This document shows, piece by piece, positions 18,955 to 29,623 of a DNA stretch of 64,000 nt; the first letter of the stretch is position 1, and the number at the start of each line of letters is the position of its first letter. A program made the position numbers and the translations under genes. The stretch lies in IMG/VR virus record IMGVR_UViG_3300020727_000006; one strand, given 5' to 3'. The notes under the pieces are model-generated. The model worked only from the letters and a program-made list of their open reading frames with translations. It did no database searches and was not told where the DNA came from. Origin of the DNA: an uncultured virus (IMG/VR IMGVR_UViG_3300020727_000006). Taxonomy: Duplodnaviria > Heunggongvirae > Uroviricota > Caudoviricetes.

Positions 18955-19531
18955 TTTGCTGTACTCCTTGTTCTGCTGGCGGTTGGCCTTGTTGACCGCC
19001 TTGTTCTGGTGGTTGACCACTCGATTGTTCTGCTCCATTTGTAGTGGTGCTTTGGTCTGTTAATCCTTTTTCCATACTGCTTTGTAGATCGGCTAAATCA
19101 ACTTCTTCGCCAGCAATATCTACTGAACCTTGCTTAATATCGCTCATAAGTTTTTTTGGTAACATCATTTCAACATACCAAACTGGAAAATCAACTAGTT
19201 TTCCTTTGTGACTGCCTGGGCGTATATCAGCGGGACTTCTAATTTGCACTGGCATTTGTACTGTGTCTTTTTTGTATGCTACTTTTGCGCCAAATGGTAT
19301 TATTCTTTTTGCAGCAGCAGGGTCGGGCATACGATCACGAGGCCACATAAATTTACACTTAACCCAATAACGGCTAATAACTGGACCTTCAACTAACTCT
19401 CCTAAACGCCAGTTTGGGAAAGCATAGAAATCCATGTTATCTAATACTCTTTCAAAATCACATAGCATGCTAAGACTAGCATCGCTCATGTAAATTTTCT
19501 TAACGCTTTCAATATTTGCTTTAATGCTCAT
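18935..19531 (-). CDS. Hypothetical protein with Q-rich tail
   Basis: Start MSIKANIE downstream of ATAAATA and AAGG. Confidence 0.7.
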   Translation of the reverse strand: MSIKANIESVKKIYMSDASLSMLCDFERVLDNMDFYAFPNWRLGELVEGPVISRYWVKCKFMWPRDRMPDPAAAKRIIPFGAKVAYKKDTVQMPVQIRSPADIRPGSHKGKLVDFPVWYVEMMLPKKLMSDIKQGSVDIAGEEVDLADLQSSMEKGLTDQSTTTNGAEQSSGQPPEQGGQQGQPPAEQGVQQSAAPTF

Positions 19532-19642
19532 AGCAACACCTTTGAGATATTTATGATTGTAGACATGCATTATAGATATCGTTTTAATTACTTAAACGAG
19601 TCATTAAATACTTTTGAGTTACAACCAACTCAGGGAATAAAC

Positions 19643-20416
19643 ATGCAGCATAAGCGTAAACAGAAGTATAATCAGCCAATGGATAGTTTTAACAACAGAA
19701 ACGGAAACTCACACAAACGAAATTATAATAATGTTATCGAACCAGACCAATTTCAACCTAGTAAAAAACGAAATGTAGACATAATCCCAAGAAATATACA
19801 TCAAGAAGAATATCTTGATCTTTTATTAGACCCATCAGTAAGTATCATCATCGCAAGCGGACCAGCGGGAACTGGTAAAACCTTACTAGCAATGCAAGCC
19901 GCAATTAAAGCCTTTAAAAACCGTGAAATTGAACGCATTATTCTTACTCGTCCAGCAGTAGGAGTAGAAGGCGAGAAACATGGTTTTCTGCCAGGCGATT
20001 TAAATCAGAAAATGGAACCTTGGACCAAACCACTATTTGATGTTTTACACGAGTACTATAGCACTCGTGAAACACAACAAATGGTTGACACTGGTGTCAT
20101 TGAAATATGCCCACTGGCATTTATGCGCGGTCGTACCTTCAAGAACTCTATGATTATTGCGGATGAAATGCAAAATGCCACACCGAACCAAATGAAGATG
20201 TTGCTTACTCGTATTGGCGAAGGCAGCAGAATCGTGGTAACTGGTGATGTTCGTCAAACTGACAGAACAGAAGGTGAAAATGGATTGTTAGACTTTAATC
20301 GTCTAGTAGATCGCTTTGCTGATAGTGAGCATGTTGGTACTGTAGAATTTACAGGCAATGACATTGAGCGCCATCCTGCAGTAGAAGAAATTCTACGAAT
20401 ATACGGTGATATCTAA
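19643..20416 (+). CDS. phoH: PhoH-like ATPase
   Basis: GPAGTGKT, GFLPG, FMRGRTF, DEMQN, TRIG, GDxxQ. Confidence 0.93.
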   Translation: MQHKRKQKYNQPMDSFNNRNGNSHKRNYNNVIEPDQFQPSKKRNVDIIPRNIHQEEYLDLLLDPSVSIIIASGPAGTGKTLLAMQAAIKAFKNREIERIILTRPAVGVEGEKHGFLPGDLNQKMEPWTKPLFDVLHEYYSTRETQQMVDTGVIEICPLAFMRGRTFKNSMIIADEMQNATPNQMKMLLTRIGEGSRIVVTGDVRQTDRTEGENGLLDFNRLVDRFADSEHVGTVEFTGNDIERHPAVEEILRIYGDI

Positions 20417-20739
20417 GGTTTTTTGCTCAGTAATTTGAGCAATTGCCATGTGTTATAGGCATCGGCAACGGCTGGGTTTTCGTGTTCCTGTTCACGAACC
20501 CAGCTAGTTCCGTCTAACACTTTTGGATTAGACATGTATACCATCCATGCCTCAAGAAGATACTGTTCATACCAGTTATCTTGACCATTATTGCTTATGG
20601 TTAATCCCCAAAAAGCATTACCATCTAAGATAGCAATTACTTCTGCAATAGGGCGAAGTATTTTCTTTTCTTTCTCAGTAAACTTTTTCTTTCTTCTTCT
20701 CTTGTAGGTACTATGAATTAAACCTAAGATAGTATTCAT
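20413..20739 (-). CDS. Hypothetical protein
   Basis: ORF coupled to the upstream gene. Confidence 0.55.
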   Translation of the reverse strand: MNTILGLIHSTYKRRRKKKFTEKEKKILRPIAEVIAILDGNAFWGLTISNNGQDNWYEQYLLEAWMVYMSNPKVLDGTSWVREQEHENPAVADAYNTWQLLKLLSKKP

Positions 20740-21044
20740 TGTCCAGCAATCTGTTTTTTAAGCCAACCGTTTATATATTCTTTGTAATGCGTTAGATAAT
20801 ATTCAAATAACTCACCAAAAGGTTTATCATCACTATATCTATTCTTGATTACCTTTTGGTTTGCAACATCTAGAATAACACCTGCTTCACTGTAGTCACG
20901 GGATTTTAAATTCTTAGCGCATTTAATCGCTTCATTTTGCTGCCACGCCGATTCATCTTTTCCTATGCCAATTTTACTGCTATGAGCGGGATTTTTTAAT
21001 GTTCTGCTATACGATGCTATAATAAAAAATTTATTCTTTACCAT
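20736..21044 (-). CDS. Hypothetical protein
   Basis: ORF directly after the clamp loader. Confidence 0.65.
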   Translation of the reverse strand: MVKNKFFIIASYSRTLKNPAHSSKIGIGKDESAWQQNEAIKCAKNLKSRDYSEAGVILDVANQKVIKNRYSDDKPFGELFEYYLTHYKEYINGWLKKQIAGQ

Positions 21045-21045
21045 C

Positions 21046-21975
21046 TTAATTTCCTAAATCTGATAGTTCACACAAGGTTGCTGATAAATTGATCTCAGTA
21101 TCTGCTACCATAGAATGGTTTACCAATCCATTGCGAATAATAATAATTGCTTTGTCTTGTATTTCTGGTACATCACTCCACAATTCAAGATTGTCATACA
21201 TCCAACGAAATACTTCTTCTACTTCATCTGACCTAACTTGTGAGCAAATTAATTTACGCGCTTCACGCACCTTGCCATTCTTAAACAAACTAACTGCTGC
21301 TAGTTTATAATCATCTGTTGATGTGTTGTCTATATTAATTGAACGAAGCGTTCCTTTATCATTGGATGATTGTAGAACATTGATACACTTGCGAAGATCA
21401 GGATAACTGGCAGTGACATAGTTGTCAAGGGTGTCCAAATCAAAATCAACATTTTCGCTTACAAGAATAGTTGCAACACGAGCAGTAAACTCAGTTTTGT
21501 CTAGCTTTTCTATATGAAATCCTTGGCAACGACTATGCAGTGCTGGAATGATCTTGTTAGGATAGTTGCAAGTTAAGATAAACCTAGCCGTGCTGCTATA
21601 TGTTTCCATAAGTCCACGAAGAATTGCTTGTGCTCCAGGCGAAAGATAATCGGCTTCGTCTAAGAGAACAACTTTGAACTCTCCAAACGGCATAGTAGAA
21701 ACAAATCCTTCAACTTTATCGCGGATAAAGTCTACACCATTGTCTCTGGACGCATTGATTTGCAAGATATCATATTCATCTACTTGAAGTTCACTTATGA
21801 TAACCTTGGCAAGTGTTGTTTTGCCAGTTCCAGGTCCGCCGCTAAACAGCAAATGTGGAATAGCTTTATCTGCTAGCCAACCATTTACTTGCTGTTCTTG
21901 TGCGGCATCTCGCCATACATAATCACTAACCGCCGAAGGACGATATTTTTCAACCCACAAATAATCTGTTTTCAT
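21046..21975 (-). CDS. Clamp loader subunit (RFC small / T4 gp44-like)
   Basis: WVEKYRP, GPGTGKT, NAS, DEAD, SRC. Confidence 0.93.
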   Translation of the reverse strand: MKTDYLWVEKYRPSAVSDYVWRDAAQEQQVNGWLADKAIPHLLFSGGPGTGKTTLAKVIISELQVDEYDILQINASRDNGVDFIRDKVEGFVSTMPFGEFKVVLLDEADYLSPGAQAILRGLMETYSSTARFILTCNYPNKIIPALHSRCQGFHIEKLDKTEFTARVATILVSENVDFDLDTLDNYVTASYPDLRKCINVLQSSNDKGTLRSINIDNTSTDDYKLAAVSLFKNGKVREARKLICSQVRSDEVEEVFRWMYDNLELWSDVPEIQDKAIIIIRNGLVNHSMVADTEINLSATLCELSDLGN

Positions 21976-22003
21976 TCTTTTATTCTAACACAAAGTTAAA
22001 GAA

Positions 22004-22378
22004 TTAGCTAATTGTATTTGCCATTGTCATGTCATGTGGTTTATCTGGGCTTGCCATAATAACATCTTTAGGATCGACAAGTCGAACTGTCACAGTAATA
22101 CCATCATCGCCAGTCATGTCCAGCCCACGAGTCCAACGACCATGTGATACAAGTATCCATTCTCCTACTTGTACATCTTCTTGTGTAGGACCAACTGCTT
22201 GAACTCTACACCAACGAGGTCTAATACCATGACTTTTCATGTCATCATTGGCTAAGATGATTCCACTAGCCGTAACACGCTCTTGGAAATCCATATCGGT
22301 TACTAAGATATTGTTCTTAGTTGGTTTAATCTTGCGATAATCCGTATTATAACGGATCAGTGAACCACGCTCGCTCAT
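22004..22378 (-). CDS. GroES-like co-chaperonin
   Basis: TASGIIL mobile loop; VQAVGP..VQVGE. Confidence 0.8.
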   Translation of the reverse strand: MSERGSLIRYNTDYRKIKPTKNNILVTDMDFQERVTASGIILANDDMKSHGIRPRWCRVQAVGPTQEDVQVGEWILVSHGRWTRGLDMTGDDGITVTVRLVDPKDVIMASPDKPHDMTMANTIS

Positions 22379-22797
22379 ATTCTGCTTCTCTGCCTCTTAA
22401 GTTTTTCTGCTAATTCTTGACTTCGTGCAAGTGCATCTGCATAACCGCCACTAGTGCTAGCTTGCGTTGCTGGCTCAATTACTTCTGGCTCTTCGCTTAG
22501 AGATTGTTCAATTTGATCAAACCCATTTGTAACTTGTTTAACAAAAACATCTGCTTCTGCTGCTCGTAGAGCCTGTTCGTCTGTCATCATTGGGCTATCT
22601 CGCAGTGGTTCTTTTCTCATTGACTGATAAAATTCATTTGAAATCTGGTCTCTTGATTTAATTACTTCACCGCCAGGACCAAGAAGATCACCTCTGGCAT
22701 TTTTGTTACTATTGCCAACTGCTATGGTTCTTTCTTGTTTAATTTTTAGTCCATTAATATCAAGATATTTTCCACTTGCTGTTCTGTAAGTACTCAT
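22375..22797 (-). CDS. Hypothetical protein
   Basis: GAGG SD and upstream TAAATA; AVGN..NARGD motif. Confidence 0.7.
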   Translation of the reverse strand: MSTYRTASGKYLDINGLKIKQERTIAVGNSNKNARGDLLGPGGEVIKSRDQISNEFYQSMRKEPLRDSPMMTDEQALRAAEADVFVKQVTNGFDQIEQSLSEEPEVIEPATQASTSGGYADALARSQELAEKLKRQRSRI

Positions 22798-22819
22798 TTT
22801 TTAACCCTCTTTCGTGTAT

Positions 22820-23335
22820 TTAACGCATAAATTCATTGAAGTTTAAATTATTTTTTAAACTATGGATACGATGTATTCCTATTAAATATAAAACAAAACT
22901 CGCTACACTACTACCACGCCCAACTCCCCATACTACATTATGTTTACGCATAGTATCAACAAGATATTTTAAGTATTGTAGTAGTGTCAATAAATCTCGT
23001 TCGGCATATTCCATTAGTTCACTACCAGCGCGTTGCAATTCATTTTGATTGCTGCACTGATCTAACACCCACTTGGCTATGTCGATATTTTTATATTCAT
23101 CAGGCATAAACCACTGCTGTTGATTATTGGCATGATATTCTGCTATTGAACCATTTAATGTTGCTAATTTTTTTAATGGTTTGTAATCAAGATATAGACT
23201 CTTGATAGCAGTATTATACTTTTCTGGATTTACAATAGCAATATCATCGATAGCAAGTTGTGGATTTACATAAAGTAAATTTGCTAACTCACTATCGTTA
23301 ATTATACTGCGACCATACTCATCAAGATTTATCAC
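22820..23335 (-). CDS. DNA polymerase III alpha (DnaE)-like fragment
   Basis: GVGRGSSVASFVLYLIGI matches the DnaE GRGS motif; only 171 aa. Confidence 0.75.
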   Translation of the reverse strand: MINLDEYGRSIINDSELANLLYVNPQLAIDDIAIVNPEKYNTAIKSLYLDYKPLKKLATLNGSIAEYHANNQQQWFMPDEYKNIDIAKWVLDQCSNQNELQRAGSELMEYAERDLLTLLQYLKYLVDTMRKHNVVWGVGRGSSVASFVLYLIGIHRIHSLKNNLNFNEFMR

Positions 23336-23978
23336 CTTTGATAACCTCTGGCTTCCATTTTTTTATTGGGATAATATTACTTTCTGTTTTTTTCTTCTTG
23401 TCTACTGTAACAGGTTTTTGCTCCCATTGCAATACTTCAGGCCATTCATTATCATCATATTCTACGATAATATCTTTCTTCTTAACAATTGGAATGTCCC
23501 AAGTAGTTGGTGTCGATCTAAACCACCACGCTGGTTTTTCCCAATTTTTAAATGTCAGGTCATTCATAATTTCATCGCTGCTAACAATATCTTCATCAAC
23601 ATTTAATGAAATGTCGTCACTCTTATCACATGAGGTAGATATATATTCAAGTGATATTCGTCCTTGTGTGATGCTTAAAATTTTATACCAAGTAACTACT
23701 CCCACGATAAGATTACTTGGCTGATATGGCAAAGTAACAATACGAGATTTAAACTTTTTATGCAGCGTTGGTAACATTGGATTACCAATATAAACAAATA
23801 TTGCATCTTGATATAAGTCTTTTATTAAACTTCGTACTCGTCCAAATGCAGTATAAGGGTCTTCTTCATTTAAAGATTCATCATTAAATCCAATACTAAT
23901 ATGATAGTCACATGGTTCAAGTAAATCTTTAAAACAATTTATAGCAGTAAAGCTAGCAGTCCATGCAGTAGCACTCAT
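23322..23978 (-). CDS. Hypothetical protein
   Basis: 218-aa coupled ORF. Confidence 0.7.
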   Translation of the reverse strand: MSATAWTASFTAINCFKDLLEPCDYHISIGFNDESLNEEDPYTAFGRVRSLIKDLYQDAIFVYIGNPMLPTLHKKFKSRIVTLPYQPSNLIVGVVTWYKILSITQGRISLEYISTSCDKSDDISLNVDEDIVSSDEIMNDLTFKNWEKPAWWFRSTPTTWDIPIVKKKDIIVEYDDNEWPEVLQWEQKPVTVDKKKKTESNIIPIKKWKPEVIKGDKS

Positions 23979-24208
23979 CCTATATCCAAACTATCTTTAA
24001 AAATTGGGTTTTCTTTAGCGGCTTGGGCTTCTTGTCTATACCGCTTATTAATTTCTTCTTGATATGTATCAACAATATTTCGCAACTGTTGAATCATAAT
24101 ACCATTGTTCATTTTGGCAAGCCAATTCATTTTTTTGTGCAATCCGTTTACTGTTTTAAGTAATTCATCTAGTGTTTTGCCACTTAAATCACTCATTAGT
24201 GGATGCAT
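23975..24208 (-). CDS. Hypothetical protein
   Basis: 77-aa coupled ORF. Confidence 0.65.
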   Translation of the reverse strand: MHPLMSDLSGKTLDELLKTVNGLHKKMNWLAKMNNGIMIQQLRNIVDTYQEEINKRYRQEAQAAKENPIFKDSLDIG

Positions 24209-24624
24209 TATAAATCGTCCTTTTTACGATTTTCACTATGCCAAGCATCAAATGATCCTCCTGGATAGCGTGATTCTAACTTCTTGATATTTTCGTCAAT
24301 TACTTCTTGTGGATCAAGTTTCAATGCTGTACAAGCATTAATCCAATACCACATAATATCACCTAACTCGCGCTTCATATGAAAAACATTTTCTGCAGTT
24401 AGCGGTTTACCTTGGAAAAACATCTTCTTTGGAATTTCACAAAACTCACCTGATTCTGCTGCTAATCCTAGTGCAGCAGTAATTAAAAGTGATGGATTAA
24501 TAAGAGTATTATCTTCTTGATAATTGCATAACTGTTCAAAACGATCCATGAAAGCATAATTTAATTTGCTTTCGGCGCTGGTTACTTCGGTAACAAATTC
24601 TTGGTATAATTTAAGGTCTGTCAT
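24208..24624 (-). CDS. mazG: MazG-like nucleotide pyrophosphohydrolase
   Basis: GLAAESGEF..KK..ELGDIMWY..NIKKL..RYP. Confidence 0.9.
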   Translation of the reverse strand: MTDLKLYQEFVTEVTSAESKLNYAFMDRFEQLCNYQEDNTLINPSLLITAALGLAAESGEFCEIPKKMFFQGKPLTAENVFHMKRELGDIMWYWINACTALKLDPQEVIDENIKKLESRYPGGSFDAWHSENRKKDDL

Positions 24625-24672
24625 TTAAATGCTCCTGAGCTAATATACCAACGGATAACTCAGGAGTCAATA

Positions 24673-25587
24673 TTAAACTTGTGTACGAATCCATTTATTA
24701 ATAGTTGGATTGCTTGGGCTACCTACATAGGTATAACCAAGATGACTGCCTGTAGTTAGTGTAGTAGTGTTTCCAAGAATAGTATTTGCACTTATCAAGA
24801 ATAGATTGCTTATATTAACATTTGAAGTGATTGCTACATACTGGCCGTCTAGCGGATAAGATGGGAATGTAACACTGATATTTGCAAGTTGTAGACCGTT
24901 GGTGCTATCAATAATTAACTTTGATGTTAATGTTGATGCATTTGGACTTGCTGCAGTGCCGTTGCTGACATTAGCATATGTGTAATCAGTATTGTTTCTA
25001 GCACGAGTTAAATCAAACATGGTATAAGTTGTGCCGCCATCATCACTTAAGAATTCAAAGTAATATGTTCCAGCGCCGCTTTGTGTGAATCCAATGCTAT
25101 TTGTGCTTATATTATATTCATGAATATACTGTAAGCTGCTGCTTGCACTTGCTGATACGCTGCTTGGCAGATATAATCTGTGAGTGCTTGCTGCAACAAT
25201 TAACTTCAATCTGACACGACCAACTTTTCCTGAAGTAGGAAAGTTAGTAAATGTAATTGATGTATTGCCATTTGTAGTAACTACCTGATAATGTCCAGTT
25301 GTATGATCTAGTGTAACATTGGTACTAATAGCATTAGTAAACTCAGTTTCGCGAAGGTCACGAATTTCAGCACTGGAAAAAAGAGTTCCAGCCATATTAT
25401 TATTAAGTGTAGTTCCCGTTAGAGCTTGTTTTACAATAACTTTGCTTTGCAAGTCAGTAAGTTCTGCTGCAGCAGTAGCAAAATTATTTAAAATATTTGT
25501 AAAGTTATCTCTGAATCCCTGACTATCATTATCAACACCCGCGACTGGGTAGGAACCATTGATATTGTTGGGGTTAATATTGCTCAT
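24673..25587 (-). CDS. Virion structural protein (baseplate/tail-associated)
   Basis: YPVAGVDNDSQGFRDNF N-terminus; T/N/S-rich; structural context. Confidence 0.65.
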   Translation of the reverse strand: MSNINPNNINGSYPVAGVDNDSQGFRDNFTNILNNFATAAAELTDLQSKVIVKQALTGTTLNNNMAGTLFSSAEIRDLRETEFTNAISTNVTLDHTTGHYQVVTTNGNTSITFTNFPTSGKVGRVRLKLIVAASTHRLYLPSSVSASASSSLQYIHEYNISTNSIGFTQSGAGTYYFEFLSDDGGTTYTMFDLTRARNNTDYTYANVSNGTAASPNASTLTSKLIIDSTNGLQLANISVTFPSYPLDGQYVAITSNVNISNLFLISANTILGNTTTLTTGSHLGYTYVGSPSNPTINKWIRTQV

Positions 25588-25637
25588 TATTCATTTCCAT
25601 ATTTTAAAGTATTTAGCTGTTACCACTATAGAGATAT

Positions 25638-28600
25638 TTATTGAAGTGCACTAACGCGAGGAAATTTCAAGTAACTATCGCTAGCAAATGGTACACTATA
25701 TTGATCTTCGTTGTTGATAAACTGTGTTGAATTATAGTCAAAGGTCATTGGAACTTTTTTCTGGAAAGAATTGGTATCAACCAACACATACGCTGGAACA
25801 GTTTGTCCATTAATATTAACTCCCGCAGAAGAATAAGATAGCGTTTTTCCTGCTCTTGCGCCAAATCTTACAAGCACATTTGAATTGCCGCCTAGAGATA
25901 TTTGCTGCTTGAAAGTTAAAGTCACAAGATTATTTCCAACGGTTACCAACCAAACACCGCCTCGTTGATTTACTAAACTAGTGCCATTGTTTACTTCATT
26001 ATATCCTGGAATAACTGTATCAAATCTATTCCATCCATTGTTTGTCAATGATGGATAAAGAGTACTATTGTAATTTTCTTGGGTAGCAAAAATAATAGTT
26101 TTATTATTCCAATCTCCAGAAACATCACCATCTAACCCGCCTAGCGCAATAACACTAGAAATATTTTGTCCATTTATGTGGTCAAACGGTATGTCTATAG
26201 CATAATCAACAGTTGCCGCAATTTGCGATCCAGTATATCCGTTATCAAAAGTAGTATATATTTTTTTAATCCAAGTATGGGTATTAACATTAAAGTTAAT
26301 ATCTTGGTTGTTATCAAGAATATATCTATCTGCAACAAATGGTATTAGCTTTATATCATGTGAAACAAGAGAATTAAGTTTATATAATACTCTTTCTCCT
26401 GTTCCTGGTTTCAAGTAGGCCAGTACAGCCGCAGTTTGAAATCCTAGTATCTTACCATTTGCTTGCGTACTTGTTTGCCACTGCGGTAGTGTATTGCTGT
26501 TACTTTGACCAACTGCTACTATAATGTCATTTGTCATTAAATCTATATCATTTGGGTATATAACCACACTGCTCATAGGATCAACTAATCTTAAATGCTT
26601 GCGGTCAAAGGTAGTATAATTAGTATCAAAATTAGTAACTAGATTTTCTATACCGCTAGTAGTAAGACGGTCTGCGGGTATTACTTTTGTCGTTGTGCCG
26701 TTGATTGTAGTATATGTTTTTGTATCTTCTCTAAGATCAACATATATAACATCATATAAATGATTTCCAGCAGAATCTGTTGCTTGAGCATAATGATAGT
26801 CGCCAAAATAAAACTTCTTGTTATAATGGCGGGTTTGCATTGCTGCAATATATGCACTTGATTGGCTAGCTGTTAATCCATAACCAGTTAAAATTTTTAT
26901 ATCACTTTGAACGCCCCACCATGGATCATTTGGACGATATATATCGTTTGGTTCAAAGAAATCAGTGTTGCCAAGAATAGTGCTTAATAGGGTTCTTTTT
27001 GCAGTACTTGGTTTGCAAACAAGATATAAATTATCGTAGGGAGCATAAGTTACAGTTTTTAACTTTAAAGTAAATGTTTGTGCACCACTGACATTTTTAC
27101 TATAATCGGCTGCTTGAATAGTAAACCTGTATGTAGTATCTATTGTAGTAATATCCGTATATTGTCCGCTATTATAGTTTGCAACATCAAAAGTAGTTGA
27201 ACCTTTATCTAAGCTAAATGTTTGGAAACTTGCTCTACCAGATATTGAACCATCATTTAATAGCTGCAATCCTTGTGGCAATCTACTGCCAACAGCTTTT
27301 CCAGTAACAGGCTCTATAAATTTGCTTATCAATGAATAATATAATTTTCTTCCACTTTTTGCAGATGCTGCAACTGCCAAGCTACTAACAGAACCTGCGT
27401 TAATATATCCAAGGTCAACTGGAGTATCCCATGTAACACTAAGGTCTAGTGCAGACAATATTGTTATTGAAAATTGTCTATATGGACTAACTGCAGTAGA
27501 ATCGAACGCATTTTGTACTTGCAGCGCAAAAGTATAGGTATGTTCGTATAGACTTCCGCTTGTAATTCCAGTAATCGGATCAGTTGATACCCACTGGTCT
27601 AAGGTTGCTATATTTTCTGGAATATATCCAGTTAACCATCCAGTGTTTGGGTCTAAAGTTAATCCATATGGGAAAGAAAACGATATTTGATCCCATGCTG
27701 ACGAATCCCACGCGCTCTGGTCAAATCCACCTGCACCAACACCAACAATGCCATAAATTATTGGAACATTGTCATAATCTACTGCATTAAATTTATATGC
27801 AAAATAATTTCCAGCAGTAAATGTTGCATAATCGCCCATATCTTTTGTTAGTAGTACAGGCGTTCTTGTATTGCTTGTATCAGCAGTGATAATAGTGCTA
27901 TCTGCGGTTAGCGCATTATTATCAGCGCGAATATCATTGTGACTGTATACAACAATGGAATAGTCTCTTGTATCAAAACTTTTTCCATCAGTAACACTTA
28001 CAGTAAATCTATAAGTGAAATTGCCACTCATTGTTGTAAATTGCCATGGATTTTCACTCCAATAGCTTTCATCCCATCCAGTAATTGCATTATTATTTTT
28101 TGAAACATTTGGAATAATAACTCCACTTATCACACCTGAAGGCGATAGCGTTAATCCAGGCGGCAGTGATCCGCCCAAGACACTGTAAGTTAATGCATCA
28201 TTATTTAAATCAATGGCACTTAGTTGTACAGATACTTCTGTTCCATCTAAAAATGTGCCTATAGGAGTATAATTACTAGTTAACAATTGTGGAACATAAT
28301 TTCCAGTAACAGTGATTATAAAATTTCTATCAGTAATCTTTCCACTAGCCGAAGTAGCACGAACTGTAAATTGACTAGTTCTGTCTTGATCAACTTCTTC
28401 TGGCACACCATCAATGCTGTAAGTATCTTTTGGATTGCCCGTGACCTTGCCGCTGTTGTCTAGCTGTAGTCCTGCTGGCATTTTGCCAGACACCATTGAA
28501 TAATTAACATCCGACCCATCTGGGTTTCCTGTGGGATCAACTGCTTGTAGACCTAATTCAAAAAATTGCAGTGCTTGAATCTTTCCAAGATTTCCTGCTG

Positions 28601-29591
28601 GCGTTACCCATTGTGGATACGCTGTATTGCTGCCTGGCGCTTGTTCTGCTGTAATTGTATCAACATATCCATAAAATGTATTGCCAATAACATATGGGTA
28701 TACTGGACGACCTAGCCCATCAATTGTACAAAAATATGCATAAGTTCCATTTGGATAATCTGGCGTTACGCAATAACGACCGTTATGCGTATCTAAATCT
28801 CCAGTACCAGTATATGTATAGTCTTGAACAAATGTTCCTAGCGGATATGCACTAACTAGCGGAACATTGATCCCGTTTCTAGTAGTATTCAATGTATAGC
28901 TAGTTTGCAGCGAACGAATAGTGGTTTGATTGTTGATAGGATTGCTATAGCCATATGGTCCATATATAGGATAACCATCTAGTGCAAATCCTAATATTTT
29001 ACTATGTCCGTCTGGATGAGTTAGTGAACCGCTATAATAAGGAATTTCATCGGCATCTGCTAAACCATGAACAGTGCTACTGAATGGCTTGCCGCCTTGA
29101 CCGCTAATCCATATTGGCGCAAAGCTATAATCGCGGTAGTTATATATGTGAGACTTGGTTGCTTTGCCACCAGCATAATCTTCATAGAAGCTATATCCTA
29201 ACAACTGTCCTTCGGCATAGCTTGCGTTATATTGCCAGTTAGCTGCATATGGGTTTTGCCCAAACGGAGCATCCGTGCCGCCATTTGCGCTGTATATTGC
29301 AACACCGTTTAACCAATATCCTATAATTCCGCTGCTTGTAGATGGCGGATTATCACTTGGTACGCTTGTTCCAGCACGATATACCCATGCTGTGTTAAAA
29401 TATTGAGCTTTTGCAATGTTTACTGCATCAATGCTGCCATACCCATGATAAGGCAAGCCAACTGCTTCTAGAGAAATTACAGTTTGGTTTAACCCATTGA
29501 TAAGAGTATTCGGAGTTATAGCCCATGTGCTACTAATATTGATAAGTCTGCCTAGCTGCACATTTGTTGCTGATGCATTAAAAGATAACAT
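25638..29591 (-). CDS. Large baseplate-type protein with YHYH-like domain and Ig-like repeats
   Basis: GFALDGYPIYGPYG and DLDTHNGR..YAYF; repeated G-x-LP-x-GL-x-L..G-x-ISG motifs. Confidence 0.7.
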   Translation of the reverse strand: MLSFNASATNVQLGRLINISSTWAITPNTLINGLNQTVISLEAVGLPYHGYGSIDAVNIAKAQYFNTAWVYRAGTSVPSDNPPSTSSGIIGYWLNGVAIYSANGGTDAPFGQNPYAANWQYNASYAEGQLLGYSFYEDYAGGKATKSHIYNYRDYSFAPIWISGQGGKPFSSTVHGLADADEIPYYSGSLTHPDGHSKILGFALDGYPIYGPYGYSNPINNQTTIRSLQTSYTLNTTRNGINVPLVSAYPLGTFVQDYTYTGTGDLDTHNGRYCVTPDYPNGTYAYFCTIDGLGRPVYPYVIGNTFYGYVDTITAEQAPGSNTAYPQWVTPAGNLGKIQALQFFELGLQAVDPTGNPDGSDVNYSMVSGKMPAGLQLDNSGKVTGNPKDTYSIDGVPEEVDQDRTSQFTVRATSASGKITDRNFIITVTGNYVPQLLTSNYTPIGTFLDGTEVSVQLSAIDLNNDALTYSVLGGSLPPGLTLSPSGVISGVIIPNVSKNNNAITGWDESYWSENPWQFTTMSGNFTYRFTVSVTDGKSFDTRDYSIVVYSHNDIRADNNALTADSTIITADTSNTRTPVLLTKDMGDYATFTAGNYFAYKFNAVDYDNVPIIYGIVGVGAGGFDQSAWDSSAWDQISFSFPYGLTLDPNTGWLTGYIPENIATLDQWVSTDPITGITSGSLYEHTYTFALQVQNAFDSTAVSPYRQFSITILSALDLSVTWDTPVDLGYINAGSVSSLAVAASAKSGRKLYYSLISKFIEPVTGKAVGSRLPQGLQLLNDGSISGRASFQTFSLDKGSTTFDVANYNSGQYTDITTIDTTYRFTIQAADYSKNVSGAQTFTLKLKTVTYAPYDNLYLVCKPSTAKRTLLSTILGNTDFFEPNDIYRPNDPWWGVQSDIKILTGYGLTASQSSAYIAAMQTRHYNKKFYFGDYHYAQATDSAGNHLYDVIYVDLREDTKTYTTINGTTTKVIPADRLTTSGIENLVTNFDTNYTTFDRKHLRLVDPMSSVVIYPNDIDLMTNDIIVAVGQSNSNTLPQWQTSTQANGKILGFQTAAVLAYLKPGTGERVLYKLNSLVSHDIKLIPFVADRYILDNNQDINFNVNTHTWIKKIYTTFDNGYTGSQIAATVDYAIDIPFDHINGQNISSVIALGGLDGDVSGDWNNKTIIFATQENYNSTLYPSLTNNGWNRFDTVIPGYNEVNNGTSLVNQRGGVWLVTVGNNLVTLTFKQQISLGGNSNVLVRFGARAGKTLSYSSAGVNINGQTVPAYVLVDTNSFQKKVPMTFDYNSTQFINNEDQYSVPFASDSYLKFPRVSALQ

Positions 29592-29623
29592 TGATTACCT
29601 GCTCCAGCATATATTTATTGGTT

